The position numbers were made by a program, and so were the translations under genes. The notes below the pieces were generated by a model. It worked only from the letters and a program-made list of their open reading frames with translations. It searched no databases and was not told the DNA's origin. Shown here piece after piece: positions 49,494-60,643 of a stretch of DNA of 64,000 nt (positions are counted from its first letter, which is position 1; each line of letters opens with the position of its first letter). The stretch spans positions 496,001 through 560,000 of the forward strand of contig ML978123.1 in assembly GCA_010015805.1 (NCBI GenBank), given 5' to 3'. The stretch is from Rhizodiscina lignyota (Eukaryota).

Positions 49494-51322
49494 TCACAGC
49501 ATACTCCGCACAGTCTCGTCTTGTGCTGGCTCTCCATGCTTAATAAACCCCCGGTAATCGTCTTTCACCATTCTCTCAAGCTCCTTCCTGTAAGCCTTCA
49601 GCCCTCCAAAATAGAACCTCGTCGCATACTTCTTCCCTCCAACATTAGCGCCAAATATCCAGCTCGACGTCTCATGGAACAAGCTGTCCTCTGCTAGCTT
49701 CCTGCACTTCTCAGTCCAATCCTTTTCCGCCTCTTCCGAAGCCTCGATTATCGGCCGAGAACTCCTCTGCCGGTAGTGCCTCATCGTGTCAATGATGAAT
49801 TCCACCTGTGTCTCAAGGCTGGGCGGGATGTTCGTGAATGGCCCCTGTGGTCCGGTTATCATGAAGAGGTTTGGAAAGTTCGCACAGCAGACGCCGAGGT
49901 AGCTCGTCGGTCCAAGGGGAGCCCAGTGCTCTTTCAAGCTCTTGCCGTTTCGGCCGCGTATTCGTACGCGATTGTAACTCCTGGACACGTTATTAGCACT
50001 CGTAGACCTTTTTGCTGGAACTATCTCCATACCCGTCAATTGCATCAAACCCTGTAGCGAATATGATGGTGTCAAATTCATGCTCTACTCCATCAGATGT
50101 CATAATTCCCTTCTCCGTCATCTCCGTTATTGGAGTGTCTTTAAGGTTTACAACGTCGACATGGTCGTAGTTGAAAGATTTGTAGTATCCCCCATCGCAC
50201 AACGGCCTTCGTGCGTATATTTCTCTTGGTAGTAGCTTTCTCGCTTTTTCCGGATCTTTGACAATCGATTTTATCTTTCCCTTTATAAAATTGGCGGCCT
50301 CGTCATTTGCCCGTCTGTCTACAGAGATGTCGTTGAACGTCCAAAACATGAACCTGAACCCATTTCCTTTTTGCCAGGCCTCTTCAAATATCCTCTTTCG
50401 CTCCTCTGGGCTAACGGACATGGTAGGAATCTCGGACTCCTTGAATCCAAATGCCACCATCGAGTTCCGCGTCCCCTTCCAAATGTCATCGTAGTTCTCG
50501 TTCACCCACTTCCGGTAATCGTCGCTCACAGGACCGTCACCGCTTGGAACGCTGTATTGCGGACTTCTTTGGAAGCTCACGAGCTTCTTCACTTTCGGTG
50601 CCAGTGCCGTAATAACTTGTACGCCCGTGCTTCCGCTACCAATCACTCCTACTCGATCTTTCGTGACGTCCAGTCCTTTCGGCCACGCTCCAGTGTGCAC
50701 TTTCCGCCCTTTGAATCGATCCATCCCTGGAATGTCGGGGAAGTTCGCCTTCGACAACAGGCCGAGCGCTGTAATCAAAAACCTTGCTCTTACTGTCCTT
50801 GGCTCTCCGACAGGGTTTCCGTCCTCATCGACGCGCACAATTTCACATCTCCATCCGCCCAGTCTATCATCCCACTCAGCGCCCAACAGCTCCGTACCAA
50901 GCTGCATCCATTTCGCCAGTCCATGCCGCTCAACTACGTGCTCGAGGTAGCCCAAGACTTCCGGTTGTTTCACATAATGCTCTTTCCATGGATAATTCAA
51001 CAAATCCTCTTTGTCCCAGCTGAAGCGATAGATGTAGCTTTCTGTATCTGACATGGCGCCTGGGTATCTGTTCCAGTACCTGGGACGGGATTAGCTGCAT
51101 TCAGAAAACCACAGTAGAGAAATTGAAGTACCAAGTCCCACCAACGCCATGAGCCCTATCGATGCAGAGAGCACTGAAGGGAGGATCGGATTGTAGGCAT
51201 GACCACAGCTGGTAGATACCTGGCGGACGTTAGCTGTGAAACTATCACCATATCACCTATTTAGACTTACCACCCATGCCAGCACCTATGATGAGGACGT
51301 CGACGTCTGTTTGCTCCGCCAT
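49494..51322 (-). CDS. Type I Baeyer-Villiger (cyclohexanone-type) monooxygenase
   Basis: DVLIIGAGMGG, WNRYPGAMSD, the BVMO fingerprint FKGRKVHTGAWP, VIGSGSTG and ATGFD. Confidence 0.92.
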
Positions 51323-52518
51323 ATTGAACCCGACGAGAATGGAGGTCCGAAGGCAGCTATCACGCGCAGACGGGATATAATTCCGTCCTGAAGAACAGAG
51401 CTCAGGAGTTGATAAGAAGCTCTAGCGATTGAGACTGAGCTCGAACAAGGTCAATTGGAATTCAATGGGGGCAGACAGACAAGATCAGAAGAGAGCCAGC
51501 TCAGACGGCAAGCATTGAAAAGCGCTCGTAAAAGAAACGAAGTGCAAACTACCTGGCTAGATTATTTATTTGTCTCGGACCAACTGTGCTACTATCTCGG
51601 AAAGAGCATGCGGTCCAAGGGGTCACGCCTTGAACATTGAGCGGGGTAGCTTCCAATTACATATCCCGTGGGGAACCACAGCACACCCCATATTACCGCC
51701 CGAACACAGACATTAGACATGCAGCCGTCTCGTATGACCGAGAGTTGGCAGACGGGACATCCGCCGATTTCGATCGCCATTGTGCCGATGGATGCCGTGC
51801 CAAGTGGGCCGAATTGCAAAAGAAGGCTTCAAGGCGCAAATATCGGCGAGCAATGTATCAAATACCCGATAATTAACATCGAAGATTGAATGTCAAAAGA
51901 CTGACGACGAAGACCCAGATTCAATCAGACACACTACGAAGGAGCTAGTTTCCAGCGAGCGAACAGCCTGCGGAGCTACGCTGTCTAAGTTGCCTATGGC
52001 ACTTCTAAAAATCTTCCTCGCGTCGATGAACTTATATTCGAAGTTAGTAGCGAGTAGCTTGCCTAGCCTGCTTTCTTGATTATAGATAGGGGCGTCGTTA
52101 CAGGTCTGCTTTGCTCGCTGGAAAATAGCTCCAGTATGTCTTGACTTGAAATGGACTCTTCCGCAACTTCAAACTCAGTCGAAGGTATAATTATATCTTG
52201 TGCCATTCTACTGTATCCAACGCAATCGGCGTTGATCTAAGGATAGCTTGGATATATCTAGGTCTGGTGGAAGGAACAAAGATTGACTTTTTGAACATTC
52301 CACACTCTTTCTTCAGTCCGGCTCATGGTGGCGGGCGTTGTATACGCCAGGCAAGAACATCACGAATGCGCGTATGGTATCCAATACCATGGACATGTTG
52401 CTGCACACAGTGTTCAATTTGAAATCCTCTCGCCTATCGTACAAACTGTTATGTGAAACTACTTAATCTTAAAGGAGAAGCATCCCCATCATTGGGTGAA
52501 CACGTCCAATCTGAAAAC

Positions 52519-52617
52519 CAAACCCATTTTGAGTACTGTCCTGAATCAATCTGTGTGCATCGAAAATCAAACCCCGTTTTGAGTACCGTCCTGAATCAAT
52601 CTGTGGGCATCGGAAAC
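52519..52617. repeat. Two-copy ~50-bp tandem duplication in the BBP 3' region
   Basis: ttttgagtac(t/c)gtcctgaatcaatctgtg(t/g)gcatcg occurs at 52527 and again at 52577. Confidence 0.85.
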
Positions 52618-52635
52618 AGGAAGGCGAGAATTTGC

Positions 52636-54582
52636 CTAAGCTGGCGGGGGTGGAGGTGGCTGGTCGGCCGGTGGAGGGGGCGGAAGGTCGCCAGGTGGTG
52701 GCGGAGGTGCGAAGCCCTGACCCGGTGGCGGTGGCATGCCGTAGTTACCGCCCGGAGGTGGAGGAGGGGCAGAACCTGGCGCAGCGTAGCCACCATAGTT
52801 CTGGTATCCGGGATATCCACCGTAATTGGCAGGAGGTGGAGGAGCTTGCTGCTGCTGCTGCCATGGTGCTGGAGCGGGAGCACCACCATAGCCCTGGTTC
52901 TGCTGTCCGTATCCGTAGTTGTCTCCACCACCTTGTCCACCGGCAGCCCATGGTGGAGCCGCCGAAGCGCCACCGTTATTGTTCCTACCACGATTCTCCC
53001 ATGGAGCCGGGGCGCCTGTAGGACCACGCTCCCAAGGCTTGCGATTGTCGCCACGGCCGTTGTAGCCATCTCCACCATTCTCATATCCACCGGGTCCAGC
53101 TTCGATGCGAGCCTGAGGACCAGGGCCAGCACTGGGAAGTGGCGCGCCTCCGGATAACTCTTGCATAAGGGACTCGTACTCGTGATCGACAGCATCGCCT
53201 GCTCCGATACGGCCAGCAGTGCGTCCACCAACTGCACCAGCGTCGTTGCGCCAATTAGTGCCACGCACTCGGTCCGGACAGTCGCGCGCCATGTGACCAG
53301 CGTTGCCACAGACACGACAGATGATGTTTGCGGTGAAGTTGCGTTGCTCAGGGCAGTCGTACTTGCGATGGCCGATCTGGCCGCAGTTCTGGCAGGCTTG
53401 GTTCTCGTCGTCACGGAGGGTACCGTTGAGAGCGGCGAGCTCGCGGAGCTGGTTGCGCTTGAGTTCATTTTGACCCTCTGGAATGGAAGCAGCCTGTAAA
53501 GTATTAATTGCATGGCAGGAGAAAGGAAGAGGGTTACCTTCAGTTTCGACAATGTTATGGATGAGCTGCTTTGCCTTGTTCACCTTCTCTTCCGTGTCTG
53601 CCATGATCAAGCAATGGAGATCTTCTTCCTGATTGCTGGTGTGAGCGGCATCAGAGCGACCCTTTCCTTCCTTCACTGAGCCTTTGCCACGGATGGCGAT
53701 CTTGGCACCGGATTCAGTTTCCATCTTCTTAAGGGTATTGCCACGAGGTCCGATGAGGAGTCCGACTGTTAGTAGCAAAGAAAAAGTGTTAGTATCTTCA
53801 GTTATAGTGAATCAAGCAACGCGCGTGGATTGAAGGGTTAGTAGCAAAGGGGTGCAGCTGGTACTAGCTCGGCAAACGGCGTCATAGCCAGCTTTTACAT
53901 GAAAGGAAAAGTTAGAAGTTAGTAGAGAGGGGTTAGCAATCGTACTGAAGTTAATCTCCGGATAGTCATTGACAGGCACATAGACTTTCTCTTGCGTCTT
54001 CGTTGGCCTTCTATAGTCTGACGGCGGGTGATAGTTCGGAATGACCTTCATGGCCTTCTCAATGAGCTTATGGCGTTCATCCTCAAGTCGCTTGCGGTAG
54101 CGGAATTCACGGGTGTTGACACGGCGACCGAAGTTGTCGTACTGCGGCGGGGGAGAAGGAGATCGATCTCCTTCAGCTGGGACAACATCATTGATCCTCA
54201 GCTTCTGGCTGATCTCCTCCACACGCAAATGCAGAGCGTAAGCCTCGAGCTGTTCAGCGGTCATGTTGGCAGTGATAGCTGTCGTAAGACCCATCAAGCC
54301 GGCGGCCTTGTTGTCTGAGGCCTCTCCCCAGCGATTGCGCTTCTTACGACGCTTGGTCCCATCCGGGTTAAGCTCTATAGAGCAGTTAGTCGAGAGATTA
54401 TGTGGAGAAGGACGGTTGTACGCACCTCGTGTTGGAGATCTTCCACGCTTCATGGTTTCAGGCGGCTCAGGAGTTTCGAAGCCAACGTCACTTGGGGTTG
54501 CGCTCTCGCTTCCGCCGAAACGACGACGCGTTCCAAGTGGAACGTTGTTCGAACCAGTGATGCCCTGGTTTCTCCACGACAT
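52636..54582 (-). CDS. MSL5: Branchpoint-bridging protein (BBP/SF1)
   Basis: RRKKRNRW ULM, RSPSPPPQYD, KH domain PEINF|IGLLIGPRGNTLK, QUA2 LKRNQLRELAALNG, two CCHC knuckles and a Pro-rich tail. Confidence 0.96.
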
Positions 54583-55126
54583 GTTGACAGTGTGGTGCGT
54601 TGTCGGTTGGTTGTCCTGTGTGTCGTGTTGAGTGAGGAAGACGCGGAGGCGAAAGTCGACAGAAGAAGGTCGTGCAGCGCCAAGCCTATCGCCCGCTATT
54701 CCATTTACGGCCTAGCGTGAAATTCCGACCTCACTCCCAAAACCCCGCCAGGACGTCGCGCGTCGAGAGACTGTGTACTCTTGAAGCATTGCACTACGCT
54801 TAACCTCTCTCTAATTTCTGTTGTAAGCTTACAGTACTATGCCGCTCTATGATGACATATCTATCGCCGGGGGAGGAAGCACCCGGAGACTTCCCGGTCT
54901 AGGACTGTAGCTTCCCCGGCTGTTGTACCTGCTGCCGAATCGCCGAATTGGAGAAGTGGAGCATGACATATGCACGATACGATGCACCAGATACTCGAAA
55001 CTCTCATCGTGTGGTAAGTATTTGGGATCTTGATTTCTAATCAGTCAATTGAGATCTCCACCACATACTTTAGCTGTACAACGTCCTGTCTTACCCCAGT
55101 ACATATTTGAGCTTCACGAGCTTTAT

Positions 55127-56069
55127 ATGTCCTCCCCCAGCTCCGTCTCTCGGCTTTCATCCCTTCTACGTCAATTGTCAGGCAGCAAGCTGAACCAGTT
55201 ATCCACAATGCCTTCACCGGACATCACCCTTTACACCACCCAAACGCCCAATGGCATCAAAATCTCCATTACCCTCGAGGAGCTTGGCCTCCCGTATAAA
55301 GTCCAGAAAATCGACATCTCTAAGAATACTCAGAAGGAGCCGTGGTTCCTCGAGATCAATCCGAATGGCCGTATTCCTGCGATGACCGACACCTTCAAGG
55401 ATGGCAAGCAGATCCGATTGTTCGAAAGTGGAAGCATGATGCAGTACCTGGTTGCGGAATATGATAAGGACTACAAAATAAGCTTTGCGCCAGGCACGAG
55501 GGAGTTCTACGAGATGAACAATTGGATGTTCTTTATGAATGCGGGCGTAGGACCAATGCAAGGACAGGTACGAGTCGCGGCTGTATCACGTTACGAAGGT
55601 GGAAACTGAGCGAGAATCACAGTCGAATCACTTCACCCGCTACGCTCCAGAGCACATTCCATACGGAGTCAACCGATATCAGAATGAAACGCGCCGGTTG
55701 TATCGCGTCCTTGATGAACACCTTGCAGAAGGCAACAAAGAGTATTTGGTTGGAAACAAGTGCACAATTGCGGATATAGCACATTGGGGTTGGGTGAGCA
55801 CAGATCAATAATCCATAACCTTGGGCTCGGCTAATGTTATTCAGGTTGCATCTGCAGGATGGGCCGGCATAAATATCGACGAGTTTCCACACCTGAAAGC
55901 TTGGGAGGATAGGATGCTGGCAAGACCAGGAGTCGAGAAGGGTCGTCATGTGCCTGATAGACATACCATGAAGGAACTTTTGGCGGACAAAGCAAAGATG
56001 GAGGAACACGCGGCGAAGAGCAAAGCATGGATCCAGTCAAGCATGAAGGCAGACGCCGAGAAGAAGTGA
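55127..56069 (+). CDS. Glutathione S-transferase (Ure2/YfcG-like)
   Basis: TPNGIKI, INPNGRIPA, LFESGS, GPMQGQ|SNHF and TIADIAHWGW. Two introns. Alternative ATG at 55208. Confidence 0.92.
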
Positions 56070-56501
56070 GCCCGATTAAGCGGACAGTCGCAGTAAGGAC
56101 GAGTTTTATTCTTCAACGCGAACGAGAGCATCTCTAAAAACTTAATTGAATATACGCCGGGCAGTATTCATCCAAAATGCGCAGCCTCAGTGTGTATAAT
56201 CTCTGCCAACTCACGAGGATATGCAACCTTGGGGCTCGACACATTGCAGCCACAACCCAACCATTTTGTCACCCACTTAGGTTAGTCTTGCGAAGGAGTG
56301 CAGAACGCGTTGTCAGGTTAATGCTACTTTAGAACGTAAAACCTGAATGCATGAATCTTGTGCAAGTGGTCGTTTGTTATGAAGGTCCATCGAAAATTGG
56401 CACAAAAGGACATACGAATGAAACTGGACTTTCGAATTGAAGACGAGTGCATGAGATGATTTCCTCAACTGTCAGAACCCATAGTTGCAATTGTAAGGCT
56501 A

Positions 56502-57464
56502 TTATTTCTTCTTCACTATCAACAAGACGCCTGCCACACCTCCCTTTAAAAGTTCTTTTCCCGCTTCAACCCCTGCCTCGCGAAAACATTTCTCCACCCG
56601 TCTTCTAATTATCCTCGCCACGTCGCGTTCGGTGCCTACAGCATCAGGGTTCGCCTTACGCCAGCGCGCGACTGAACCCGTCGTGCCCAACATCTTTTCC
56701 AGCGTGTCCATATCAGCTGGTGGCTGGTGACTAAAGAACTCGTTTCCAGGCTCGGAGTCTCCACCAGTCCCCCACTCCTTCCGGAAAGAGGTGGTCTCGT
56801 CAAACTCGGGCACGGGAGTCGCCAGTGTCCAAGGTAGTGGCAGATCTCTGTACAGGTTCCGAGTGAGCAAGCTGCCGGCGCCGGTGTGGTCTTTGAGAAG
56901 CTCTTCGTGGCTGTCCAGGGCGACCTGCATGCACGCGAAATTGGGCATGGACGGGTCAACGGTCAAGGAGCCGCTGCACCACAGCGCGACAGTGCCGCCT
57001 GGTTTGAGGACCTGGGCAGCTCTTGTCCAGAAGCCCGCCATGTCAAAGTGGTGTGCGCTGGTGGCGGCGGTGATGAGGTCGACGCTGCCATCGGCAATGG
57101 GCGGCGAGAGGTTGGACCCAAGCTCTTCTGCCTGGGAGATTTCGAAGCGGATTGGCTCTAACTTGGTCGCGTCGCCGGCATCAGTCATTGATAGAGCAGT
57201 GTTGATCATCCCATGGGACGGGTCAATGCCAATGGCATGCTCAAAGAGCGGCGCCAGGGTGCGAACCGCGGTGCCAGGACCGCAGCCGACATCGAGGAGA
57301 GTTGTGAGCTGACCGCCCGTAGATGTATGGCGATCCACGATCGTCTGGTACAGTCTAGAGTGGTAGTTGAGGCGGTACTGCGCGTAGTTTTTGCCTTGCT
57401 CCTTGTTGAAAAAGCGAAATACTGTATCTGCTGGAGCAGCCGGCGTCGGCGCGGTACCGGCCAT
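56502..57464 (-). CDS. Class I SAM-dependent methyltransferase (trans-aconitate MTase/Crg1-like)
   Basis: YAQYRLNY, LLDVGCGPG, IGIDPSHGM, VDLITAATSAHHF and LKPGGTVALW. Intronless 320-aa ORF. Confidence 0.9.
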   Translation of the reverse strand: MAGTAPTPAAPADTVFRFFNKEQGKNYAQYRLNYHSRLYQTIVDRHTSTGGQLTTLLDVGCGPGTAVRTLAPLFEHAIGIDPSHGMINTALSMTDAGDATKLEPIRFEISQAEELGSNLSPPIADGSVDLITAATSAHHFDMAGFWTRAAQVLKPGGTVALWCSGSLTVDPSMPNFACMQVALDSHEELLKDHTGAGSLLTRNLYRDLPLPWTLATPVPEFDETTSFRKEWGTGGDSEPGNEFFSHQPPADMDTLEKMLGTTGSVARWRKANPDAVGTERDVARIIRRRVEKCFREAGVEAGKELLKGGVAGVLLIVKKK

Positions 57465-57754
57465 CGCGTTCGTGACTCTCCTGCTCTCCGAAGGTTTGGT
57501 TCAGAAATAAGGAGATGAAGAAACAAAACTAAAGCAGTTAGAGTTCGTGCAGTCACAGGATCAAGCCGATAGATTCATGGTCCTTATTTTGAAACTTTGT
57601 AGAATCTAAGGTATGTTGGCGCACTGGAGCCCGGAAAGAGGTCGGTTGCGCTGCGGGGAGCGCGCAGGCACCACCCCTGTCGTATGCGGACAGAAAATAT
57701 ATAGTTACGCCGCTTCTATACATGTAATTCTCGTATATTGGAGGAGTAAGTCCC

Positions 57755-60643
57755 TCATACTTTGTTATCATTGCCTGGCGTACCACCTGAGTTAGAACCC
57801 TGCGTTCCGCTTGCTCCATTTTGATGTTGTCCTGCTTGCTGAGAATTGCCCTTCTTTGTAAATGGCTTGAATATCGCATCTCTAGCTCTCCTGCTGAAAC
57901 CGAATGCGAGAGACATGCCAATGATAAAGAGCGACAGCGGAACTGCGGCGGTTAGCCTGGATGCTGTGGATACATCGACAGTACGCACATATGTATGCAA
58001 ATACGATCCCAATTGTCATGGTTCCGCCGTTCAGTTCCCGAGCGTTCAGGCTGAAGAATGAACACAAAGTAGAAAGCGGAAGCTTTTGAAAGTAATCAGC
58101 AATTTCTTTGGTAGCGGTTTACTGTTTCTCGGGCACATACGAAAAGAATCGTGATCACAGTGAACTGGAGTCTATCGTTAGTACGGCTGCCAGTTGGCAA
58201 GACAGAGTAACAGACTGACAGTCATCATTGTCTCTCCCGATTTCTCCGATGCTCGTAACATGGCGTTGTTTGAGTCCAGTAGCTGTTGCGATTTGCTCTG
58301 TATATCATTATTAGAATCCAGAAGCTCCTTAGACGATGTCAGTATTTGATTGTTCGAGTTCAGCAGGTCCTTCGATGAGTTCGCTATGCCATTATTCGAG
58401 TTCAGAAGCTCTTTCGAGGAGGACAATATGCTTTTGGAAGCCTCTAGCAAAGCCGTAGTGGACATCGCTTGAAAAAGATTGGCCTGCTTCTGCTTGATGT
58501 CTATCAAATGAATGACGGCGTTGTATGCGGATTCGGCTTTGTTAATTAGGTCGTCGAGAATATCTGCTCTGTCCTGTGGCTTATCCTCCAAAAAGAACTT
58601 GATTCGCCTGAACTGCAATTCTTCGGTGCCAATTTTACTGTCTCGCAGCTTCTTCATGACCGCCGCTTGCTGTGTGCAGATGTCGCGAATCATCCGCAGT
58701 TCATCGAGGATGTCCTTCGCTTCCTCAAGCAGCGGGAATTCGGCGTTCGCTTGCATAAGCTGGTTGAATTCTTGTTGCCCGGTAGCAATGGCTGACCATA
58801 TCTTCTTAGCCAACAAACTTTGTTTGTCCATCTATAATAAATAGGTTAACCTTGTGCCCAGATTCTTGTGGCTCTAGACATACCAAGTCGGCAATAGAAC
58901 GCCTGAAGATCTCAATAAAATCAAGCTGTTCGTCTGAAACAAGATCGGAATCGAATACATTTGCGGCACAGCGATCAATGATGCAATACGCGAGCTCTTC
59001 TGCGTTGCGAATCCATTTCCTCTTGTTTCTGTCTTCGACGTAGCGTTTGATCGATGGAAAAACGTCCGTCTTGGGAATTCTGTGGTTTTCAGAAGCATGA
59101 GTCCAGCTTCCCGGAAAGCAAGTGAGCACAACGTCTGTTGTTTGAAAGTAAGTCAGCCTATGAAAGAGGTCAAACGGAGCGATGAGAAGAACGTACTCTC
59201 ATTCAAGATCCAGAGCCACAATTGATCCACCATCAGGACACGGGGCTCCGGCCAGGACATCTTTCTCGAATACCTCTCTACTACCTGATCCCGATCTCGA
59301 GCCTCCGTCTCTTTAAGGAAGACATAGTATGACTGGTCCAGTGTCCGCCTTACATGAAGCCATGGTTTCCCGGGGATGTAGTAGCGGAGCAGCTTTTCCT
59401 GCATGTTACAAGGTAGGCCATAAATATCTCCCAGGCAAACGTAGGCACGGCTTCCTCTAGTTCTTAGCGATTCGCAAACGCGTTCTGCGTCTTGAACGAT
59501 TTTTGCGGCGTGGTATCTGGCAAGGCTGTGTTCCCAGTGCAGATATGGCATCTGATTTGATTATTAGAGAGACCTTATTGAGCGTACACAGTGCCATACA
59601 AAGAAAGATATATTATGCCATTGTTTCGCAGCATCTTGGTGTTCAAGGACACGAATTTTGCGACATGAAGGCCGCAGATTTCGAGCATGAACCGGCATTG
59701 TACGTTTAGCTGCGCGATACTCGGTATGTAACTCTCGCCTCAGAGTCTGTTCGGTTATTGAATCCGCGAAATGCTCACCGTGTCTCACACAAAGTTGGAC
59801 CATTGTTTTCTACACACATTGTCAGCTCCAGATACCGAAGTACGCAGGTAGAATTTCGTACAACGACCCATTCAATGTTATTCGCGGGTAGGTGCACCCA
59901 CAGGACACTGCCATCATCATTCGGGCTCCAAGATTCGAAGGCTTCGTGATTACCGTCGAGGATTTCTCTCACGGGGACTGAGACTATGGAGTCTCTCCAC
60001 AATGATGTACGCCTTCCAGAGAGGTCCGAAAAGATTCCTACGTAACCCTTCTGTTCGAACGTCCTGTCAGGCGTGTCTCTGTCGGTCTCCTCGGTGGATA
60101 ACTGGCGTTGGATTTGTGGCTCGGAATACAAAGGCGCACCATTTCGGTCTCGGAGAGATCTGAGATGTTCCGCAAGCTCTCTTCTGTGCGATTCGAACTC
60201 GGACGCTATGAACTGCAATAATTCTTCTGTAGTCTCTTCATCCTCGTCATCGAAGGGATCTTCCTCGGAATCGTCATCCCAAGGGAAAGCCGCTGATCTG
60301 TCACTATAGCCTTAAGATCGTTAGCATGCCACTAACAAGCGTACGGGGAATTCTTTTGCTGCGCACTTTCATCATGGTCATCGCTGTCTTCGTCATCCTC
60401 GTTGTGGTCGTAGAATTCATCATCATCGTCATCATCATCTTCTCCCTCGTCAGCTTCTTCACCGTCTTCATCTTCGTTCTCCACGTCATCATTAGCATCG
60501 TCGTCTTCGTCTCTTCCCCCTGACCTGTCCTTTTCTACCGAGTCAATCGCTTCCGGAGGATGCCGGTCACTTGTAGACGATCGTTCTTCATCCTCCCCTT
60601 TATTAGGAACTAGCCTATCATGCTCTGAAGCCGGAGGCGACAT
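57755..60643 (-). CDS. CorA-like (Mg2+ transporter C-terminal domain) fungal protein with acidic N-terminus
   Basis: WVHLPANNIEWV, MPYLHWE, LHVRRTLDQSYY, VLMVDQLWLWIL, DILDELRMI and DIKQKQAN, then spliced FTVITILF|LPLS and a second TM helix. Exon borders are approximate. Confidence 0.75.

Noticed and set aside
56502..57464. Methyltransferase (also the BVMO and GST) as tailoring enzymes of the RiPP cluster
   Set aside because: They lie more than 30 kb away, beyond many housekeeping genes.
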